Below, one piece after another: positions 59,601-64,000 of a DNA stretch of 64,000 nucleotides. The stretch is from assembly GCA_043811375.1 (NCBI GenBank), contig JBDRNJ010000009.1, positions 49,382 through 113,381 of the forward strand, in the 5' to 3' direction. The stretch comes from a bacterium. Lineage in GTDB: Bacteria; Zixibacteria; MSB-5A5; GN15; FEB-12. The notes under the pieces were generated by a model. The model was given only the letters and a program-made list of their open reading frames with translations, made no database searches and was not told where the DNA came from. The position numbers were made by a program, and so were the translations under genes. Positions within the stretch are counted from its first letter, which is position 1. Each line of letters opens with the position of its first letter.

Positions 59601-60209
59601 AAGACTACGACGCTCGTCACTACCCGTAAACCGCAGTCGCTTCAAATCCAGCGACCAGGTACCTTCACTGCCGGAGACGGCTGCCGACAAGCCAATATCG
59701 CTGAAACTGATCGTATCTGTCGGCAGCAGCAACAGCAGAGTGGCTCCGTTGATTTCAAGATCGCTCAAAGAGATTTCCAGTCCCGGTCGTTCGCGGCCTT
59801 CACTCTCACTCGACAGGCGAGGCAACAACCACCGGCCGGTGCTGTCAATCATGACTGTCACCACCGCTGAATCAAAGTGCAGATATTCCAGCAGATATTT
59901 CCGATTCCACAGATTCGACAGAGAGTAGGCGACTGATATCCTCGGCAGGAACGCCAGTCGGTAGCGCGTGGTCGGACTGCGGTAGTGGATCACAACATCT
60001 TCCAAAACCATGCCGGAGACAATGTCTCCACGAATCTCACCTACCGTCAACTCCAGATCGTACTGTTGTTCAAGCAGGTCGGCGACCTGAGCGTTGACGA
60101 TTTTCTCCAAACCTCCGAACTCAAACAGATAGAGACTGATCGATATTAGCATCAGCATAAACCCGAACAGGAAAGCCAATACCACTCTGATGAAAGACCG
60201 CACGATCAC
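56667..60209 (-). CDS. tamB: TamB/AsmA-like protein
   Basis: N-terminal TM anchor, long beta-rich body, DUF490-like C-terminus (NPRLDITG, ITGTLEIPEI) ending WEF. Confidence 0.8.
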   Translation of the reverse strand: MIVRSFIRVVLAFLFGFMLMLISISLYLFEFGGLEKIVNAQVADLLEQQYDLELTVGEIRGDIVSGMVLEDVVIHYRSPTTRYRLAFLPRISVAYSLSNLWNRKYLLEYLHFDSAVVTVMIDSTGRWLLPRLSSESEGRERPGLEISLSDLEINGATLLLLLPTDTISFSDIGLSAAVSGSEGTWSLDLKRLRFTGSDERRSLDGMTGKLTYSSRRLVVSDVAAIRGRGRVKLDGHLELTEPPAGRMELELDQVDLSEISSWLGAKLTGLVDVNGYVSLAQGGIEGSVDIAGDFMFIGFENLSTRFRYADRLLVLDTLYGTILENCVIDGSGRIDLAAKPERYQLDAEIINFNLEQLVAGTFRSDLTGRIALTGSSFRSRDMLLEIATSLHNSSFDEYPLHQAAGDLTITTDSICFADSFRVEYFENVFHVSGRIDYSNDIDLTVDADLGNLDRYRGKLFLDQPGGRGHADGTISGRTVDPNLRGMFVSDSVWLYGFYSSDLAASVKLERFLTGRRGTVEVVSADGTAWDLPYDTAHTILVTDSHLVHIDTFCMANEYSRLHGGGLFDYGVEPMRMRLDTLTLILFDQSFFNQSIIEFEIDSAGFDFRQASIGAGSAGLSLTGWIGYDETMDVELLVDHVPVAPWINLFDTTFEVNGALSCRAQIDGNFRQPQFELQGSVDSLTYRDLYLGTMVTGMKYRHQLLTLDSLLVRSPTADYRAVGSFHANLAFTSDPLDRFPELPINIDITARDHRFDLVSLVMPSVEQLDGEFFADFTLSGTPHAPHLEGEAFIRRARLKYFDLEQPLWADSAGATLTDNRIVIDRITVRAADRDSDGEKGKAYIRGEVMVRSLDSLYYNLNISMPREFPFQYELDDINGVVEGEVHVEGDTPPLVTGNLTIVDMKYLVNFADEKEGSPVMRALSGENTWDLNLNIEIPSNYWVKNDDIDAEFSGHVNLIREGGIYRFMGEMEILRGRGFLFDKTFQLEPGGLVIFEGNPTVNPRLDITGYTRIAGYRQFSDDELQTMEPLELGIRITGTLEIPEINPVEGSNFNREDILPLIIANYYSSDSVSTSGQIEQRLSGLVSSQVSRIGARRLGQLGVETFEIDPVYGGDYDPLKARVTVGFYTAPNLYVYGRSTISGQTRQEVGFEYRFNKAFLLEGRRDEEELYHMALKLHWEF

Positions 60210-60907
60210 ATCCCCAACCGCTTCAGGATTGAAACCGAGGTTGCGTAACCTTCCCCGGCCGCCCGGCCAATATCTTCGATCACAGTCCGAACCAAGGCAG
60301 GTACGGTGCCGACATTAATAGCCCCTCTTATATGCGAAAAAAGCTGCCGGGGGTAGTTCTCCATCATCAGGCAGGCTACAATAGCCAGTTCGCGGTCAAT
60401 AATACTCAGACCGGGTCGCGAAAGAACTTTCCCGTACCCCTCAATGACCATCCAGCGAAACACCTCCGGTGCCAACGCCCGGACTTTATGCTTCAGCGGT
60501 TCATAGGCATCGCCGTAGATCTGCCGGCAGAGACTGAGCCCGTTCGAATACCACGACTCGGACTCGGCGGCACTGAACTGACAAAAATCCGAATCTGTCC
60601 CTGGTGCCGGAAAGTGCCGGTCAAGGTGGTCAGCCGCCTGGAGCATTCGCGGAAAACCGAGAAACAGGTAGGACTGTAGTACAATTTCATAGAATTCACG
60701 GCGCTTAAGCCCCATAGTTCGTCCGATTTCAATTGCTCGATCAAGGGTGGTTTCATCGGCGATAGCGATAGCCGCAGAATAGAGCGCTAACGCTCGGGTG
60801 CCCTGGTCCTGCCGGGGCTGAAACACCTGTAGTCGGTCAAGAAACCGATCACACTTAAGGCTTGAATTCATTGGGGTAAGGTAACCGCAGACCACGCCGG
60901 CTGGCAA
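60206..60907 (-). CDS. Carboxymuconolactone decarboxylase (CMD/AhpD-like) family protein
   Basis: EIVLQSYLFLGFPR, YGKVLSRPGLSIIDREL and HIRGAINVG. The start may be MNSSLK (about 60871). Confidence 0.85.
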   Translation of the reverse strand: MPAGVVCGYLTPMNSSLKCDRFLDRLQVFQPRQDQGTRALALYSAAIAIADETTLDRAIEIGRTMGLKRREFYEIVLQSYLFLGFPRMLQAADHLDRHFPAPGTDSDFCQFSAAESESWYSNGLSLCRQIYGDAYEPLKHKVRALAPEVFRWMVIEGYGKVLSRPGLSIIDRELAIVACLMMENYPRQLFSHIRGAINVGTVPALVRTVIEDIGRAAGEGYATSVSILKRLGM

Positions 60908-60918
60908 TGTGAAACTTG

Positions 60919-62109
60919 CTACCGGCGTTGTCGCAACTGCAACTGCAACTCCAGCCGTCGCAACGCTCGCTGGAGCGATTCCAATTCCCGACGGAGAGAA
61001 TCATCCGATAACAACTCCGTTTCGTCGGACAGCAATGACGCCACCCGGTCCGGCATTGAGTCCACAGGTTGTGAACCGATCTTAAGACGGACACCAAATG
61101 GCGTCTCATTTCGCAACACTTGCAGCTCGATGACGGTCCCGGGATATGCCTGACGTACCCGGTTGCGCAGGTCAAGGGCACTTCGCAGGGGAATGCCGTC
61201 CATACTCAGCAACAGATCTTTCTCTCTTAATCCGGACCGGGCCGCCGGTGAGGACGGCACCACACCGGTAATCATAACGCCCTGGCTGATCACTGATCCG
61301 CCTTCGTTATTCGTGCTGGCCAGCAAGTTGGGCTGTGTCAACCTTATGGGCGGAGAAATATGTATGTCTGCGGTAGAAAGCCCGGCGTAACCGACCTGGC
61401 GATCTCCCTGCATGAGAAGATGAGGTACAATCTCCGAAATCCTGCACGCCGGGACCGCCAATCCTGCCTGCGGGCGTTCTCGCGAACCTATACCGCCGAT
61501 TATCAGCCCCACCAGATTACCGTTCAGATCAAAAACTCCCCCGCCGACAGTTCCGGGGGTGATGGCCGAGGAAAACTGGACCGTACCATCAGGTCTGAAA
61601 CCGGCACAGAATCCCAGTAAGGGACAGGCCCTGACACCGTAACAATTGCCCATGGCAATTACCATCTGCCCGGCACAGCCTTCCCGATCGCTGAAGGTGG
61701 CCGGAATACCGATTCTGCGATTGATGTGTATAACCGCCAGGCCGGTCTGATAGTCGATTCCTCTGACTCGCGCTGGGATAACTTCCTCCTCGAAACGTAC
61801 CAGGATCTGATCTCGACCGGTCACTGCCGGTGCCGCCACCAGAATATGTCCCAGCAGGTCGTAGATGATCCCGGACGATATCAGACTCTGCATAGTCTCA
61901 TTGCTTTGCCCCGGCAACTGGGGGGAATTGACCGAAATCGAGGACTCCACCGTCACCACCGAACGAGACAACTGGTATACCAGTTCATTGAGACCGCTTT
62001 CAAGGCGGAACAGTGAAGTTTCGGCACCGAAAACAGACTGGGAAAAAAAGACCGCCCAAAGGATCACAAAACTGGTCCTTCCGGCGGCCATAGATAAGCG
62101 CATTGTCAT
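60919..62109 (-). CDS. Exported HtrA/DegP-like trypsin + PDZ protein, catalytic triad absent
   Basis: SSGIIYDLLGHILVAAPAV (no His), DYQTGLAVI (no Asp), ITPGTVGGGVFD (no Ser); PDZ GVMITGVVPSSPAARSGL. Confidence 0.8.
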   Translation of the reverse strand: MTMRLSMAAGRTSFVILWAVFFSQSVFGAETSLFRLESGLNELVYQLSRSVVTVESSISVNSPQLPGQSNETMQSLISSGIIYDLLGHILVAAPAVTGRDQILVRFEEEVIPARVRGIDYQTGLAVIHINRRIGIPATFSDREGCAGQMVIAMGNCYGVRACPLLGFCAGFRPDGTVQFSSAITPGTVGGGVFDLNGNLVGLIIGGIGSRERPQAGLAVPACRISEIVPHLLMQGDRQVGYAGLSTADIHISPPIRLTQPNLLASTNNEGGSVISQGVMITGVVPSSPAARSGLREKDLLLSMDGIPLRSALDLRNRVRQAYPGTVIELQVLRNETPFGVRLKIGSQPVDSMPDRVASLLSDETELLSDDSLRRELESLQRALRRLELQLQLRQRR

Positions 62110-62110
62110 T

Positions 62111-62806
62111 TTAGTAAACCTTTCCGGCCTCCCTGGTAGCCGGCGCCTGCGGCACCAAGTATATCTTCACCACCGGTCGTACGCGATAATAACCGGATAC
62201 GTACGGGGCTGATGCCGGTGTCTGCGAGGTCGCCAGAGTCAGACCCAATGATCGATCCGACCTCGGCCAGGTTCCCCGCCCGGCAACGGCATTGGACAGC
62301 CGATTCATCCTGGCAGCCCGCTCCATCTGATCGTTTAATGTCCAGCCTCTGTCAAGTTTGGCCGTTCGGTCGGTACCGGCCACCGGCTGGACTGTCAGGT
62401 ACGAGTCATCAAGTGCCAGTTGCCCGGTCACGCCGGGAGTACTCAGATCATTCCCTCCGGGTTGAAAAACTGCAAAGGCCAGCAGAATAATCAGGCTGGT
62501 GCTGACAAACGCCGGGATAGCCTGTCGCCACAAGAGCACCGGCGCCCGCTGGGCCAGATAGGCCTTGGTGCGAGTTTCAGCGAACCGCTCCCGGGCCACC
62601 CGGTTAAGCAGCTTGCCGTTGAAATCATTGCTCACCGACAGCCGATTGAGATTACCCCGTGCCTCGGCCAACGACTGGTAAACAGCCTCTTCACGGCGAC
62701 AGGAAGAACAGGTGGCCAGATGCTCGCTGATGGCCGCCTTGAGACGACCACCCGGCTCGCCGTTACAGTAGGCTGACAGGAAGGAGCGTACTCTTCGACA
62801 GCGCAT
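62111..62806 (-). CDS. Membrane-anchored zinc-finger anti-sigma factor (RsiW/RseA-like)
   Basis: MRCRRV..LSAY...HLATCSSC with one TM; ATG 62806 lies within the sigma 3' end. Confidence 0.85.
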   Translation of the reverse strand: MRCRRVRSFLSAYCNGEPGGRLKAAISEHLATCSSCRREEAVYQSLAEARGNLNRLSVSNDFNGKLLNRVARERFAETRTKAYLAQRAPVLLWRQAIPAFVSTSLIILLAFAVFQPGGNDLSTPGVTGQLALDDSYLTVQPVAGTDRTAKLDRGWTLNDQMERAARMNRLSNAVAGRGTWPRSDRSLGLTLATSQTPASAPYVSGYYRVRPVVKIYLVPQAPATREAGKVY

Positions 62807-63371
62807 TATAGCTCTCCAGTTTGGGTCGTAACTTCTCACGCAGCATGGTGCGGGCGCGATTAACCCGTGATTTCACCGTACCCAGGGGAATAGAGAGGAT
62901 TTTTGCTACCTCTTCATACGGTTGCTCCTGTACATCACGCAGCATGAAAGCAACCCGGTACTTCTCCGGAAGCTCCTTGACGGCTACTTCCAGCACTTCC
63001 GGCAACCGATTGGGGAGTTTCATCTCCACGGCAAACTCGGCTTCATTCCCCTTGGTTTCTGTTATATCGATAAATTTGAATTTCTTTCTCTTGCGCAGTT
63101 CGTTGCGGGCCAGGTTGAGGGCAATGGTATAAATCCAGGTTGAGAAACAGTGCTGAAAGTTGAAGGACTGCCGGTGCTGGTAGACCCGCACAAACGTCTC
63201 CTGGACAACATCCTCGGCTTCGTCCCGCGACGCCAGCATACGCCCGATCACATTCATGAGCCGATCTTTGTAGCGATCAACGATCTGGTTGAAAGCAACC
63301 ATGTCACCGTTCTGAATGGCCCGAATCAACCGATAGTCTATCTCTTTTTCCGGTTCTTTTGCCATATCCAT
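62763..63371 (-). CDS. ECF sigma factor (RpoE/SigW-like)
   Basis: AEDVVQETF, FSTWIYTIALN and YEEVAKILSIPLGTVKSRVNRAR. Start at MDMAKE. Confidence 0.92.
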   Translation of the reverse strand: MDMAKEPEKEIDYRLIRAIQNGDMVAFNQIVDRYKDRLMNVIGRMLASRDEAEDVVQETFVRVYQHRQSFNFQHCFSTWIYTIALNLARNELRKRKKFKFIDITETKGNEAEFAVEMKLPNRLPEVLEVAVKELPEKYRVAFMLRDVQEQPYEEVAKILSIPLGTVKSRVNRARTMLREKLRPKLESYNALSKSTLLPVSLL

Positions 63372-63401
63372 AAACCCACGTTTATTATCGTCTACATATA
63401 C

Positions 63402-63426
63402 TACCCGGACAGGCGGGCAAAGTTCC
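63402..63426 (-). promoter_or_regulatory. Candidate autoregulatory ECF promoter GGAAC-N16-GGTA
   Basis: GGAACTT -35 with 16-nt spacing, about 30 nt upstream of the sigma start. Confidence 0.5.
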
Positions 63427-63565
63427 AGCTTTTCTGATATATAATATATCGGAAGCCCATTGCCGGTCAATAGCTTAAGGAATTATTCGGTAAATCAGGG
63501 GAGGTTGGGGCAGCCTTCGGAAACACTGCGGAACCGCTTTGGGGCTGCTCAGAAGGGAAAGCCTT

Positions 63566-63651
63566 GTATGGCAGGTCTGTCTTCAAACCTGCCATAGTCG
63601 AAGCCCGTCCCCCCTTATGGAAAGGCGGATTCGAAGACGGATCCGCCCTAC
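63566..63651. repeat. Inverted doublet of GTAG-type REP-like elements
   Basis: GTATGGCAGGTCTGTCTTCAAACCTGCC (+) and GTAGGGCGGATCCGTCTTCGAATCCGCC (-) share length, the GTCTTC loop core and compensatory stem changes. Confidence 0.65.
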
Positions 63652-63734
63652 GGGACTCTCATACCTCACTTGACCACCGGTCCGGGGGTGGTTACATTTC
63701 ATCCATGAGTTAGTGCTATGTATAGGACATCGAG

Positions 63735-63911
63735 ATGACCGACGAGAACAAACGAATTCAGTTTGTATCCGATGCACTGGTAAAGCAGGTAATAGAGGGT
63801 CGCAAGACCGCGAGCGTTGTTGCCCTTGACGAAGTCGACGTGACCGAGGATGAGTACAACGATGCCCTAGTGGTGGGACAGTTCTATGGTATAAACCGTG
63901 AACATAGGTAA
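63735..63911 (+). pseudogene. ASCH-domain-like gene truncated by IS insertion
   Basis: MTDENKRIQFVSDALVKQVIEGRKTASV matches the ASCH GxKxxT/S motif. The frame runs into the IS end at about 63887 and stops at 63911. Confidence 0.65.
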
Positions 63912-64000
63912 CAGACTAGACCGTAAACATAGGTAACAGGTTAACTTACGGTACGACCCAAGGAGGTGTTCAGTGCCGTGGAAAGAGACCTGTACAATGG
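63887..64000 (+). mobile_element. Left end of an IS481-family insertion sequence, with the transposase starting at 63973
   Basis: Subterminal 20-bp direct repeats ACCGTGAACATAGGTAACAG (63895-63914) and ACCGTAAACATAGGTAACAG (63920-63939); AGGAGG RBS; GTG CCG TGG AAA GAG ACC TGT = MPWKETCTM, typical of IS481-family transposases. Confidence 0.75.

Noticed and set aside
63895..63939. Two 20-bp direct repeats as a CRISPR array
   Set aside because: Only two copies 5 nt apart, directly before a transposase start; they fit IS end repeats, and no cas genes are present.

Overview
Gene-dense bacterial chromosome segment, moderately GC-rich with several AT-richer accessory patches, from a diderm, LPS-making organism. 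The gene content resembles candidate-phylum genomes such as Zixibacteria/FCB-related lineages, but that is inference only. Core genes: PPi-type pfk, selC (tRNA-Sec), pilT, rel, an msbA-glycosyltransferase LPS operon, gdhA, mpg, prfB with its +1 frameshift, pta-aspC-pckA, glcD-like, tex, mnmA-iscS, tamB/tamA-like, and two ECF sigma/anti-sigma pairs. Accessory genes: paired DUF3857-transglutaminase proteins, two tandem membrane Ser/Thr kinases, and TPR/Sel1 proteins. The window ends in an ASCH-like gene cut by the left end of an IS481-family element. The best candidate for an undescribed system is a self-contained two-gene unit at 26.1-27.7 kb. There an Lnt-like membrane domain lacking its catalytic domain ends in an RGPP ribosome-arrest-type motif, next to a possible anti-SD, directly upstream of a secreted IPTL-CTERM-type protein. 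Other highlights: a 12-bp-branch (7/5, bulged) tRNA-Sec, a 6S-like structured RNA candidate, an HtrA-like protein lacking all three catalytic residues, a relic copy of a kinase 3' end behind the second kinase, a candidate ECF promoter motif, and REP-like palindromes. All calls are by eye from sequence motifs; no database searches were run.
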